From the NCBI RefSeq assembly GCF_009914755.1, contig NC_060935.1: a stretch of 64,000 nucleotides of DNA; one strand, 5' to 3'. Below the pieces are notes generated by a model that ran no database searches, was not told the origin of the DNA, and was given only the letters and a program-made list of their open reading frames with translations. A program made the position numbers and the translations under genes. The first letter of the stretch is position 1; every line of letters begins with the position of its first letter. Below, piece after piece: positions 1 through 13,288 of the stretch. Origin of the DNA: the human T2T-CHM13v2.0 reference genome, Homo sapiens.

Positions 1-3000
1 CCCACTACTCTTCCTAGTCTCTTAGTAACCATCCTTCTATTCTCCATGTCCATGAGTTCACCTGTTTCAATGTTTAGATCCCACAAATTAAGTGAGAATA
101 CGCAATGTTTGTGTTTCTGTGCCTGGCTTATTTCACCCAATACAATGATATTTAGTTCCATCCATGTTATTGCAAATGACTGAATCTCTTTTTTTATGGC
201 TGAATAGTACTCCACTATGTATATGTACCAAGTTTTCTTTATTCATTCATCTGTTGATGGACACTTAGTTGGCTATTTCAAATCTTGGCTATTGGGAACA
301 GTGCTATAACAAACATAGGAGTGCAGGTAGATCTTCAATATACTGATTTCCTTTTCTGGGGTATATACCCACATGTAAGGTTGCTGAATCATATGGTAGC
401 TCAATTTTTAGTTTAGTTTTTTTTTTTTTTTTGAGGAATCTCCAAACTGTTCTCAATAGTGGTTGTACTAATTTACATTCCCACAAACAACGTACAAGAA
501 TTCCTTTTTCTCTACATCCTCGCCAACATTTGTCATTACCTGCCTTTGGAAATAAGCCGTTTTAACTGGGATGAGATGGTAGCTCATTGCAGTTTTGACT
601 TGCATTTCTCTGATGATCAGTGATGCTGAGCACCTTTTCATGTGCCTGTTTGCCATTTGTATGTCTTCTTTTGAGAAATATCTATTCAAATCATTTGCCC
701 ATCTTTTGATTGGATTATCAAATGTTCTCCTATATAGGGTTGTTTGAACTTCTTATATATTCTGGTTATTAATCTTTAGTCAGATGGGTAATTTACAAAA
801 ATTTTTTTCCCAATCTGTGGGTTGTCTCTTCACTTTGTTGATTGTATCCTATGCTGTGTAGAAGCTTTTTAACTTGATGTGATCCCATTTCTCCATTTTT
901 GCTTTGGTTGCCTATGCTTGTGGGTTATTACTCAAGACATTTTTGGTGTATTCAGATCAACACCAAATGTCAATGTCCTGGAGATTGTCCCCCACATTTT
1001 CTTGAAGTAGTTTCAGGTCTTAGGTTTGAAATATTAGGTTTAAGTCTTTAATTCATTTTGATTTGATTTTTGTATATAGTGAGAGATAGGGGTCTAGTTT
1101 CATTCTTCGGCACCATTTATTGAAGAGACTTTCTTTTCCCTAGTGTACGTTTTTGGCACTGTTGTCAAAAATGAATTCACTGTAGGTGTGTGAATTTGTT
1201 TCTGGGTTCTCTATTCTGTTCCTTTGGTCTGTGTGTCTGTTTTAATGCCAGTATCATGCTGTTTCGGTACTATAATTTTTAGTATAATTTTAAGTCAGGT
1301 AATGTGATTTCTCCGATTTTGTTCTTTTAGCTTAGTATAGCTCTGGCTATTCTGAGTCTTTTGTGGTTCCATGTAAATTTTAGGATTGTTTTTTCTATTT
1401 TTGTGGTGAATGTCATTGATATTTTGATAGGAATTGCATTGAATCTGTAGATTGCTTTGGGTAGTATGGATATTTTAATAATATTGATTCTTTCAATCTG
1501 TGGACATGAAATATCTTCATTTTTTTTGGTGTCTGCCAATTTCTTTCTTCAGTGTTTTATAGATTTTTTTTTTTAAATAGAGATCTTTCGCTTCTTTGGT
1601 TAATTCCTAGGTATTTAATTTTATTTGAGGCTATTACAAGTGGAATTACTTTTTTATTTTTTAGATTGCTCACTATTGGCATATAGAAACTCTACTGATT
1701 TTTGCATACCAATTTTGTATACCATGACTTTACTGAATTTATCAGTTCTAATAGTTTCCTTGTGGAGTGTTAAGTTTTTCCAAATGTAAGATCATCTCAT
1801 CTCATCTGCCAACAGGATAACTGGACTTCTTCCCTTCTAAATTGGATGTCCTTTATATCTTTCTTTTGTCTGATTGTTCTAGCTAGGACTTTCAGTTCTA
1901 TATTGAATAACAGTGGTAACAGTGAGCATCCTTGTCATGTTCCAGATCTTAGAAGAAAAGCTTTCATTTTTTTCCCCATTCAGTATACTAGCTGGGGTCT
2001 GTTATATATAGTTTTTATTATGTTGAGGTATGTTTCTTCTATCACCAGTTTTTAAAGATTTTTATCATGAAGGGATATTGAATTTTTCAAATGCTTTTCC
2101 CGCATCAATTGAAATAATCATATGGCTTTTATTCTTCATTCTGTTGACATGATATATCACATTGATTGATTTGCATATGTTGAACCATCTTTGCATCCAA
2201 GGGATAAATACAACTTGGTCATGATAAATGATCTAATATATTGTTGACTTCAGTTTGCTAGTATTTTGTTGAGGATTTTTGCATCAATAGTCAGAGATAT
2301 TGGCCTATAGTTTTCTTTTTTTAATGTATTTTTTCTGGTTTTGGTGTCAGGGTAACACTGGCCTCATAGAATGATTTTGGAAGTATTCCCTCCTCCTCTA
2401 TTTTCATAATAGTTTGAGTAGGATTTGTATTATTTCTTCTTTAAATGTTTGGTAGAATTCAGCATGGAAGTCATCGGGTCCTGTGCTTTTCTTTTCCAAC
2501 AGACTTTTTATTATGACTTCAGTCTCATTGCTTGTTATTGGTCTGTTCAGGTTTTGGATTTCTTCCTGGTTCAATCTTGGTAGGTTGTATGTTGCTAGGA
2601 ATTTGTCAGTTTCTCTCCAATTTTCCAATTTATTGGCATATAGTTGCTCATAGCTGCCTCTAATGATCTGTTGAATTTCTGCAGTATTATTTGCAATGTC
2701 TCCTTTTTCATTTCTGATTTTATTTGAATCTTTTTTTGTAAGTAGTCTAGCTAATGGTTTGTCAATTTTGTTTAACCATTCAAAAAAAAACCCACCTTCT
2801 TGTTTCATTGGATCTTTTTTTTATTTCAGTTTCATTTATTTCTGCTCTGATCTTTATTATTTCTTTCACTAATTTTGGGTTTGATTTGCTCTTGCTTTTC
2901 TAGTTAAGATGCGTCATTAGATTATTTTATGTTTTTCCTGTTTTTTGATGTAGGCATTTATAAGCTTCTCTCTTACTACTGCTTTTGCTGTATTCCATAG

Positions 3001-6000
3001 GTTTTTGTATGTTGTGTTTCCATTATCATTTGTTTCAACAAATTTTTTGATTTCTTCATTGACCCATGGGTCATTCAGGAGCATATTGTTTAATTTCCAT
3101 GTTCTTGTATAGTTTCCAAAATTCCTCATGTTACTAATTTCTAGTTGTATTCCAATGTAGTCAGAGAGGATACTTGATATTATTTCAATTTTTCTTAATG
3201 TTTTAAGATTTATTTTGTAACCTATGATGTATCCTTGAGCATGAACCATTTGCTCAGGAAAAAAAGTGTGTATTCTGCAGCTCTTCGATGAAATGTTCTG
3301 TTATCTATTATATCCATTTGGTCTATAGTGCATATTAAGTCTGATGTTTCTTTGCTGATTTTCTGTCTGGAAGATCTGTCCAATGCTGAAAGTGGGGTGA
3401 AATTTCCAGCTATTACTGTATTGGGGCTTATCTCTCCCTTTAGCTCTAATAATATTTCCTTTATATATCTGTGTGCTCCAGTGTTGGGTGCATATATATT
3501 TAAAATGGTTATACCCCCTTGCTGAATTGACCCCTTTATCATTACATAGTGACCTCCTTTGCCTCTTATAGTTTTCATCTTGAAATCTATTTTGTCTGAT
3601 ATAAGTATAGTGACCCCTGCTCTTTTTTAGTTTCCATTAGCATGAAATATCTTTGTCCTTTTTTTAGTCTATGTGTGTCTTTATAGGTAAAGTGTGTTTC
3701 TTGTAAGCAACAGATCAATGGGTCTTATTTTTTCATCCATTTTGACAGTCTAGGTCTTTTGATTGGAGTCCATTTACATTCAATGTTATTACTGATAAAT
3801 AAGGACTTACTCCTGCCATTTTATTATTTGTTTTCCAGTTGTTTTGTAGTCTTCTATTTCTATATTCTTTCATTCCTGTCTTCCTCTGGTGAAGATGATT
3901 TTCTCAGGTGACATGATTTAGTTTCTTGCTTTTTATTTCTGTGTATCCATAGTATGGTTTTGGTTTGAGATTATTATGAGGTTTGCAAATACTATCTTAT
4001 AACCCATTATTTTAACCTGATAACAACTTAATACTATTCACATATGCAAACAAACAAAAAGAAAACTAATAAGAACTCACCTGAACTTTGTCCTCCTGGT
4101 TTTTAATTTTTTCATCTTTTTATTTATATCTTACTATACTAGGTCTTGAAAAGTTTTCATAGTTATTATTTTTGATTGGTTCATCATTTAGTCTTTCTGC
4201 TTTGGATAAGAGTAGTTTACTCACCACAGTTACAGTGTTATAATATTCTGTATTTTTTGGTGTACTTACTATCACACCAGTAAGTTTTGTACCTTCAGAT
4301 GATAATTAATGTCTTTTTCTTTCTGATTCAAGTACTTCCTTTAGCATTTCTTGTAGGACAAACCTGGTGTTGATGAAACCCCTCAGCTTTTGTTTGTCTA
4401 GGAAAATCTTTATTTCTCCTTCATGTTTGAAGGATATTTTTACCTAAAATACTATTCTGGGGTAAAAGTTTTTTCCTTCAGTATTTTAAATATGTTATGT
4501 CACTCACTCCTGGCCTGTAAGGTTTCCACTGAAAAGTCTGCTGTCAGACATATTCAAGCTCCATTGTATGTTATTTCTTTTCTCTTGCTGCTTTTAGAAT
4601 TCTTTCTTTATTGTTGACCTTTGGGAGTTTGATCGTTAAATGCCTTTAGGTAGTCTCCTCTGGGTTAAACATGTTTAGTGTTCTATAAGCTTCTTGTACT
4701 TGAATATTAATATCTTTCTCTACGTTTTGGAAGTTCTTTGTTATTATTCCGTTGAATAATCTTTCCATCCCTATCTGTTTCTCTACCTCTTCTTTAAGGC
4801 CAATAACTCTTAGATTTGCCCTTTTGAAGCTATTTTCTAGATCCTGTAGGTGTGCTTTGTTGTTGTTTTATTTTGTCTGTTCTGACTGTGTATTTTCAAA
4901 TAGCCTATCTTTGAGCTATTTCTTCTGCTTGATCCATTCTGCTATCAAAGAACTCTAAGGATTCTTCAGTATGCCAATTGCATTTTTTCAGCTCCAGAAT
5001 GTCCGCTTGATTCTTTTAAATTATTTCAATCTCTTTGTTAAATTTATCTGATAGAATTCTGAATCCCTTCTCCGTGTTATCTTGAATTTCCTCAACACAG
5101 CTATTTTGAGTTATCTGCCTGTAAGGTCATGTGTCTGTTTATCCAGGATTGGTCCCTGGTGCCTTACTTATTTGTTGAGTCCATGTTTTCCTGTATGGTG
5201 TTGATGCTAGTAGATATTCTTTGGTGTCCGGGCATCGAAGAGTTAGGTATTTATTATAGTCTTCATTATCTGGGCTTATTTGTAGCTGCCCTTCTTGGGA
5301 AGGTGTTCAAGATATTTGAAAAAACTTAGGTATTGTGATCTAAACTGTTTCTGCACCCCAAGCTCAGTAACATCGTTGTTCTTGCAGACTCATAGAGATA
5401 CTGTCTTGATGGTCTTGGACAAGATACCAGAAAATTCTCTAGCTTACCAGGCAGAAACTCTTGTTATCTTCCCTTACTTTCTCCCAAACATGCAGTCTCT
5501 CTCCTCTGTTCTGAGCCACCTAAAGCTGTGTGTGGAGTGACACAATCACCCCTGTGTCCACTATGACTCTGATTGCACTAGGTCAGACCTAAAGCCAGAA
5601 CAATGCTGGGTCTCACCCAAAGACTGATGTAACCATTCTCTGGCTACTGCCTATGTTTGTTCAAGGCCCTCGGGCTCTAAAATTAGCAGGTGGCAAAGCC
5701 ACCCAGGTCTGTGTTCTTTCCTTCAGGGCAGCGATGTCCCCCAGCCCTTGGGTGGGTCTAGAGGTGCCATCCAGGAATCAGAGACTAGAGTAAAACACCT
5801 TAGAAGTTTACCTGGTATTGTATTGCAGCTGAGCTGGCAGTCAAACCACAAGACAGTCTTTCTCACTCTTTCTTCCCCTTTCCAATGGCAGAGGAAACTC
5901 ACCCCATAGCCACCGCCATACCTGGCCACAAGGAGTACTGCCAGACTACCATGTTCACTTAAGGCCTAAGGTCTCTTAAGTCAGTTTGTGGTGAATGCTT

Positions 6001-7208
6001 GCCTAGCCTGGAACTCACCCTTCAGGACTGTGGACTCCCCTCTGGCTCAGGGCAGGTCTAGAAATGATATCCAGGAGTTGAGTCCTGGAATTGGGGACCA
6101 AAAGAACTTGCTTGGTGCTCTATCCTGCTGTGGCAGTATTGGAACCTAAGACAAAGTCCCGTTTACTTTTCCCTCTGCTTTTCTTAAGCAGGAGGAGTTT
6201 TGCCCCATAGCCACCACAGCTGGTAATGTGGCTGAATCTAACCTGAAGCCAACAAGTCTTCGGGGCTCACCAAAGCCCTCGATGTAGTACCTGGGTATTG
6301 CTGCTGGTAATTCAGGGCTCAAGGGCTCTTCAGTTAGCAGATGATGAATGCTGGCAGGACCCGTAGGAGAAGAAAGCAGGTTCCCTTCTGGTCCATGGTG
6401 TGTCGAGAAATGTGGTTTGGGAGCTAGGACCTGGAACGGGGCCTAATGACTGACTGGTGCCACATCCTGCTATGGCTGAGCTGGTATTCAAGATGTAAGA
6501 CAAAAAGTCCTCCTCATTCTTCCTTCTCCTCTCCTCAAGTGGAAGGAAGTGTTCTCTTTTGGAGCAACAAGCTGTGCAGCCTTGGTTTAGTGGAAGGATG
6601 ATGCTAGTACTTGCTTGGCTGCCCCAGCCAGTGTCTCAGTATGTCATATGCCTCCCCAGTCCACTGTACTCGGACCTAGTTCTGCCCAGGATCTTGCCTA
6701 AGAGTTGCAGTCCTTATGGCCTAGACTGCCTTTCAAGTTTGCCTAGAAACCAAGAGCCCTTTGGCCCTTGGTAGCGAGGTTGCAGGTACTCAGGCATTCA
6801 AGTTCAGACTGCTGGCATTGATGGTTTCCTGCTGGCATCAGTGATTTTCCTCTGGCTAGGACTGGTTTAAATGCTCCCTCTGTGGGTAGGCATCAACTGA
6901 ATTTGGTCTACTTTTCCTTTCTGCTCTAACAGAGCAGCAGAGTTCAATGCCTCACAATTGCTGAGTTCTCCCAGGTGGGGGTGGGGGCGGTTGGAGGGTG
7001 GCTGGAGATTCGGGACTGTTTCTCTTCAGTGCCTCTTTCGGTGATATGAAGTTAAAACCAGGTACTATGAGTGTCCACCTGATTTTTAATTCTTATGAAA
7101 GTTTTTTCTTTTTCCTATATAGATAGTTGTTAACTTGGGGTCCTTGCCTAGTGGCGGAGCAGAGGATGATCAGTGGAGCCGTCTCTTCTGCCATCTTGCT
7201 CTGCCTCC
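1..7208 (-). mobile_element. LINE-1, old L1MA1-3-like element, apparently full length with 5' end intact; 3' end runs off the left edge of the window
   Basis: Minus-strand ORF2-like fragments: endonuclease region NIYAPNTGA (3222-3578), [25 protein letters not shown] (2404-2808), [14 protein letters not shown] (1327-1539), [10 protein letters not shown] (304-486). Bases 1-300 resemble an L1MA 3' end. The reverse complement of 7174-7208 reads GGAGGCAGAGCAAGATGGCAGAA.., a typical L1 5' terminus with YY1-type AAGATGGC. Confidence 0.93.
100..3790 (-). pseudogene. Disrupted L1 ORF2 (endonuclease/reverse transcriptase) of the 1-7208 element; boundaries approximate
   Basis: Colinear ORF2-like peptides in different frames, broken by stops and frameshifts. 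Confidence 0.85.
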
Positions 7209-8720
7209 TAAATTCTACAATTTAAATCCATGTCCATGTCAAGTAGAAAGAGTCTTTCTCTTACTGAAGGTACTTCCTTCTGGAATTGGGAGAGAGGAGA
7301 AGGCAGGGATGGATTCCACTTTAAAAAAGGGTAAGATTTATTATGGATATTTAGGAACAGGTAATTTTCCATTGAACTGAAATCAGAATAAAAACAACCT
7401 AACTGATAATGGAAGTCTGTGTTCAGGACAAAAAAAATAAACCGACTTCAGTAAGAAATTTGGTGTTTGTGGCAAAAATAATTCACTAATCACTCATCTA
7501 AATGAATTTTGGAAAGGCAGGAGTGCAAAGCTGAAGTGTTTACAACTACAGGTTTCAAACTAGATTCCCTTGGGTAAATTCTGGCTCTGTTTTCCTGTCA
7601 GCTAAGACTGCCTTTGGCAAGCTTGCATCTAGGAATAATTTTATATCTAGTTTCCTCTACTGTAAAATGAAATAAAAATATCATGTTCTCTAATAGTGTT
7701 CTTGCGAATATTTGACAAATACATGTAAAATGTTTAGAATGGTGCCTGTCATGTACTAAGTGCTTAATAATTACTGGCTATTATCATTAGTCCTCCAATT
7801 CAATTTCCATAAAATACTAGTAAAATAAATCACATTAAATTTTCAAAATATATCAGAATACATCGATGAGATTCAGACCCAGCTGGAAGAACAGGCTTGG
7901 GGGAGAATCAACTGTCAACTTCTTTTAAATTTCTATATTTAATCCTGATGATAATTATCATTCATTGAGTCCCTACCTTGTCTTACTGGAATTGCTCAAG
8001 GAATTTTGTATTTTCATTGTTACATCCTATCAACAAATTTATAAGGAAAAAATATTATTATATAAGTTGAAAATCTAAGGCTCAGGTATGTTAGTAAAAT
8101 GCCTTGTAGTTATAAAATTAGAACTCCAAAGAACCATAGCTTGAAATTGTGCCTCGTGGCTGGAGAGCTCATTCTATTTCCGTTTCAACACACAGAACAC
8201 CATGCCCATAAGACTAAAGTTTAACTGGAGGGGCTTCAAGAAACAATAACACAGAGATAAAAAATGTAGGAAAATTGCCAGATGTGTTATAGGCTAAATA
8301 TTCAACCTGGTTGAGGACAACAAGAATATAAATATATCTCAGCCTCCCCATTTTAAGACTCAACTGGAATAGTTTATTCAGTTACTACCCTGACTCAACC
8401 ACATTTTCTAACTCTGAATGGTCAATAGAGCTGAAAGAAACCTGAGAAATACCACAGGATTAAGGGCAGATAATAAAAGTAGAATGAAAATAGACAGATA
8501 GGAAAGATGGGATCCCTCAGGAAACTAAGGTAAGAGAGTGGTGAAAGGACCTAGCTGGAAGCCAGAAGTCTCTGCAACAAATCATTTGGTTTCTGAAGTA
8601 ATTCAAGTGTGGGGAAAAGTTAACGACAAATGGCAGAGGGTAAGGTTCAGATTGTTGCAAAAAAGATGCTGAGAATTTTTATATTTGGAATATATCTTGT
8701 CCAAATAAATATGCCATAGT

Positions 8721-9185
8721 TGTATCAGTTATCTATTGCTATGTAACAAAGTCCCAAAACTCAGAGGTTTAAAGTATAACCTAAAGTATTTGCTTGAGAT
8801 TCTGCAATTTGGGCTAGGTTAGGCTGTCAGGTTGTTTGTTAGTTTTTTGGCTAGTTTCTCCTAAAGTCCCTCATGAAGCTATAATCTGGCAGCCTAACTG
8901 GATCTGAGTTGGGGCTGGGGCTGTCAGCCAAAGAACCTTGGTAAACCATTACATGTTCTCTTCAGCAGAAAAGCCTAGGCTTCAAACATGGTGGTCACAA
9001 CATTCCAAAGGGTAAGGCTTCATGTTCAAAAACTTAACTGGTTGCTGTTTGTTTCATGTTTGTTGGTGTCCTATTGACCAAAGCCAGTCATAGAACCAAG
9101 CCCAGAGTCCATTTAGAAGGGAAATATACAAGGTTATAAATATTGATAGGTGCCATTAATTATCACTGATGTATAATCTACTACA
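8721..9185 (-). mobile_element. Old MaLR solo LTR (MLT1 family)
   Basis: Starts TGTATCAGTTATCTATTGCTATGTAACAAA..CCCAAAACTCAG and ends AATCTACTACA, which resembles MLT1 termini (TG...CA). Confidence 0.75.
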
Positions 9186-10087
9186 ATGGCCAAATCAGTG
9201 CACATATATAAAGTTTCTCTCAGTTCCTTCCAAAGTTCAGATCATACTTTTAATCTTTTGATGAAAATGATACAAAATTTATTTTCAAGATACAACAAAG
9301 ATATCAACCACAGGATTTCACACTCATTTTGTTCATTATCAAGTACAAGGTTAAGTGAGAATGATTACCTGCACTGCTCTCAGCATGGAAAAGAGAATTG
9401 AATTATTCAATGGTTTCTTCAGTGCTAGATCTGGTGTTAACTCACTTGGCAATGGGAGAGTGTTTTTGAGGGCTCTAACATACAACCTGTAGCCACTTCC
9501 TCTAGTAATTGCCGGTGATGTGTTCCAACAAAATAATGACTTTCCTTTATCTTATTTGAACCACAAGAGACATATTTCTCCCTAATTAGTGTGTAGTGAC
9601 ATAGCAAATGGGAAAGCAAGAAATTTTTCTAAAAAAACTTTAAGCAAAGACTAACAAACGTTATAATCACAATTACATAGTGTCGATTGGGAGAGAGAAA
9701 GTAATCGCTGAATACCTTGCTTAGTACTGGTTAGAACTTTAGTACCGTCTGTTTATGTGATAAAAAAAAAAAAAAATTGCTGGGCAATGTGAAAGTCTCA
9801 AGCCTAAGGAGATAATGACTACAAAAGAGAAATTCATCCCAAGTAGACCGAAGATTGTGGACAAGAATATTTTTTTGCTTCTCTGTAAAACTCTGAGTTT
9901 AAAGTTCTCCTGCACCACTTCAATTTCCTGGATCAAGGCTAGTCAAATAATGGGAGATTCTGTTTCCAGGGTGATCTGGATGCAGTAACTGAATGCAGCA
10001 TTGGATTTTTCTCCCATGGGAAGGGATGGTGTGTTCTGTTATGGAAGGAAAGATGCACGTGAATAACCACTGGCAGTGGAGACAGCT

Positions 10088-10285
10088 TGTAGTAGATATG
10101 ATTAGCTGTCCATCAAAAACTTGTGCTCCCTTACACTGTATATAGTCATTGCCATGAAAGCACTACAAGACAAAGTGCTATATTTCCTAACTTGTTTTGC
10201 ATTCATTTGGGGCAATATGACTACTAGCTAATTTAATGCTAGTGGAAGTGAAGTACACTACTTCTAGACCTAGCTGATAAAAAAA

Positions 10286-10355
<70 letters not shown>

Positions 10356-10625
10356 GAGAGAGAGAGAGAGAGAGGGAGTGTGTGTGTGTGTTTTTTTAAT
10401 ACCTTGTGATCTTCTATTTTTGCTGCTCATGGACCCTCAGGGCAACATTAGAAGTTCTGTATTAAGGATGGCATGTCGCCATCAACCTAGGACTCCGAAT
10501 GGCTACGTAGAACAAAACACCAACCTATTTTCCTCACACTCTACTCACTGGGCTTTATGTGAGCAAAAAATAAACTTTTATTATGTTAAACCATTGAAAT
10601 TTTGGATTCAATTTGTTATAGCAGA
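10088..10625 (+). mobile_element. Old MaLR solo LTR (MLT1 family) interrupted by a compound microsatellite
   Basis: Starts TGTAGTAGA. The 3' part, TTATGTGAGCAAAAAATAAACTTTTATTATGTTAAACCATTGAAATTTTGG..TTTGTTATAGCAG, is the characteristic MLT1 end with AATAAA. Confidence 0.7.
10290..10390. repeat. Compound microsatellite (TA)9-CA-(TA)18-(CA)n-(GA)n-(GT)n
   Basis: Read directly from the sequence. Confidence 0.97.
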
Positions 10626-10628
10626 TGG

Positions 10629-10641
10629 CTCTCTCTCTCTC

Positions 10642-10691
<50 letters not shown>
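10629..10691. repeat. Compound microsatellite (CT)8-G-(TA)23
   Basis: Read directly from the sequence. Confidence 0.97.
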
Positions 10692-10692
<1 letters not shown>

Positions 10693-10904
10693 TAATATAT
10701 GGGAATTTCAAGGATTTTAGCCTCACTGGAATTCTGATATCAAGTGAATTGGCATAAATGATTTGGTAAACGGAGCAGCTGAGAAGAACAAACATGCAGT
10801 GACAGGGTTCAAAACCAAAAGCAAGATCTTTGGAGCCAGATAAATTTGGGGTTGAATTCAAGATTCAGAACTTATTGAGTGGAGTGACTGTCATACAGTA
10901 ACAT

Positions 10905-11385
10905 CCTTTACAGAACACCTACTATTTTTCTGACATTCTTATAAGCAGCAAGGATATTACAGCAAATGGAATAGAAAATTCCCTATCATTTTGGTGTTTG
11001 TATTCTAGTCAGGGAGGTAGACAATACACAAAGAAAGAAATATATAGTAGCATGTCATGTAATATGATATATGGAAAAATAGTAGAGAAGGACAAGTAGA
11101 TGGAAAGACAGAATGTCCTACGTTAGATAGAATAGTATCCAGAAAAGACTTTTCTCAACAGGTGGCATTTGATTAAAAATATGCATGAAGTGAGGGAGTG
11201 AAACCCAATGGCTATCAAGAGAATAGGGTTCATGTTGGGAGAAAAATAATGGCCCTGAGAATGGCAGGTGCTTAGCATGTGAAGAAACAGCAAGCAGACC
11301 AGTGCGGCTGGAATCAAAATTTTAAGAGGAAAAGTAGTAGGAAATGAGTTTAGCAACGTATGCAGTGGCCAGATCGTACAGGTCT
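10905..11385. mobile_element. LINE-2 3' fragment, preceded by a short MIR-like piece at ~10810-10890
   Basis: L2-like motifs: TTTACAGAACACCTACTAT, TATTCTAGTCAGGGAGGTAGACAATA, GGCCCTGAGAATGGCAGGTGCTTAGCATGTGAAGAAACAGCAAGCAGACCAGTGCGGCTGGA. Confidence 0.65.
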
Positions 11386-11386
11386 T

Positions 11387-12990
11387 TGCATTAGGTCAAG
11401 TATCCTAGAGGCAAAACCTAAAATGATAATTTATGTAAAATTGATTTATTGAGGGAGTCCTCAAGAAAGATAAGAAGGAAGTATCATGGAATACTACTAT
11501 CAAGGGAAAACAAAGCATGAATGTGAGCTCAGTGGAAGGCAGCTTCAGTCCTAATGCCACAGGCAATCTAGGGGATGAAGAAAGCTTCAGAGCTGGTGTC
11601 ACTTTTAAGCAAGAGGAATGGTCTTTTTTTTCCTTTGTGCCATTAGTCATTGCCAATAGGCTGCTCCTGGGACAAAGGGAGCTAACCTTCCATGTGAGGC
11701 AGATGAGATAGCTTCTGTCCAGGCAAGGACAATCTCAGAAGAAGTGGGCAATCGTGAGCCATTAACAGCAACCATTGGGTTGGCCTGGCAAATGAAATCT
11801 GGGGGCAGCACCAAGAGCTACTACCAAATTCCATTCCTTGTACCACTCACTTGCTTCTTACATGAACTTCACCCTATCCAGACAGTATTTGTCCAGGATT
11901 CTGGTTAGTTGTAAATTTGGAAAAAGTTTACCAGAGGAGAATTTTACCTGGTACAATTGATCCCATGGCTGGGATAATCATGTCCCAACCCCATCACCTG
12001 TTCTAGACTCCCCCCTCTGGCTCATCTAGCACTTCTACTGGACTGGTGGTTTGCCTGGCAGGGTGATCCTCATCTGTAAGGTATCTGGGTTCTAGTTACC
12101 ATGCTCTCATCAGAACATGGTTGCTGTACCTGCACATTTGAGTTAAAACTTTGTATGAGACTAATAAAAGACCCCTCAATACAACAACCAATTCCCAAAA
12201 ATGTATAGCAGCAACTCTATCTCCTCATAATAGGGTCAACCACTTTTGCCCATAACCCCATTCTTTGCCTGCTGACCTACAAGCACAAGGTATCCAAAAT
12301 AACCAGATGGCAGTTGCAGCTTTAAGTGCAATGGAATTCTTACTGTACCCCCTAGAAGAAGCATCATTCCTCCCTGGGACCCCCCAACACCTAGACCAGG
12401 GATCAGCAAACTTCTTCTATAAAGGGCCAGCAAATAAACATTTTAGATTTTCAAAGCCACTTAGTCCCTATCATGTATTTTTTAACAACTTTTTAAAAAT
12501 AGGAAAAAAAACATTCTTAGCTCATGGAGTCATGGGGGAAAAAAGGGCTATGGGAAAGATTTGGCCATCAGCCATGGTTTGCTGACCCCTGCTCTAGACC
12601 CACAGAGCCTAAAGTAGTGGGGACAAGAAATGGAAATCGCCTAGGTAAGTTACTGGTAGTGACCACATACAGAGCCACATTCACTTCCACCTGCAGATTC
12701 TTGGATTTACTTAGTCTACCTAATCCTTATAAGATGGAGCACCTGTTGTTGGGTTTATACATTGCTTCTGACTCTGCCAACATAGTAACCACATTCATAA
12801 TCCACTGCACAAGCTCTGGGGTACTGAAGTGACCAGGACAGACGCTGCTGCTGATGTGAGCTGGCCAAGTCATTTTGTCCACTTAATTATTTAGTGCCTC
12901 TTTTGCAGCAAATGTTCTCTTGTGGCATGCAAATGCAATACAAAGATTGTCAGGCTTTGAATTTTCCTCTAGAATTTTATATCAAACAGC
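11387..12990 (-). mobile_element. Ancient ERVL remnant: LTR16/LTR33-like LTR (~11387-11826) with adjoining internal sequence
   Basis: The terminus CCTAGAGGCAAAACCTAAAATG..TGATTTATTGAGGGAG is LTR16/33-like (AATAAA on minus). A purine-tract-like junction lies at ~11826-11845, followed by ERVL-internal-like sequence. Confidence 0.6.
12397..12591. mobile_element. MER58A-like hAT-Charlie non-autonomous DNA transposon nested in the ERVL remnant
   Basis: Terminal inverted repeats CAGGGATCAGCAAAC / GTTTGCTGACCCCTG. 8-bp TSD ACCTAGAC (12389-12396) versus CTCTAGAC (12592-12599). Confidence 0.85.
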
Positions 12991-13004
12991 CATACTTTCT
13001 CCCC

Positions 13005-13288
13005 GAGTTATCAGGCTCTTTCATTCTTGCTGTTGGACATTTTGAGAAATCTGACTTTTAGAAAATCAGTAATTTGTAGTATATATATACACACACATAT
13101 ATATATATACACACATATATATATATACACACACATATATATATATACACACATATATATGTATATATGTATATATATGCCTTCATCCAACATTTGTGAC
13201 ACACTGACACTAAGAAAACACTTTTTTAGCTGAAGTTCAAATTTAACTGATCATTCTCTTTTTATTTGTTAAATCTGGCAAACCTACA
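13005..13288. mobile_element. MER53-like hAT element with an expanded central (TA)n(CA)n low-complexity repeat (13080-13178)
   Basis: The right arm CTGAAGTTCAAATTTAACTG..TTTTTATTTGTTAAATCTGGCAAACCTA resembles the MER53 end. The left arm is degenerate. Confidence 0.6.

Noticed and set aside
9740-9800. A15 tract as a possible retrocopy tail
   Set aside because: No upstream AATAAA, TSD or recognisable parent sequence.
10239-10861. ORFs with IYIYIY runs (also 13011-13233 and 32166-32357)
   Set aside because: Translations of (TA)n microsatellites, which lack stop codons.
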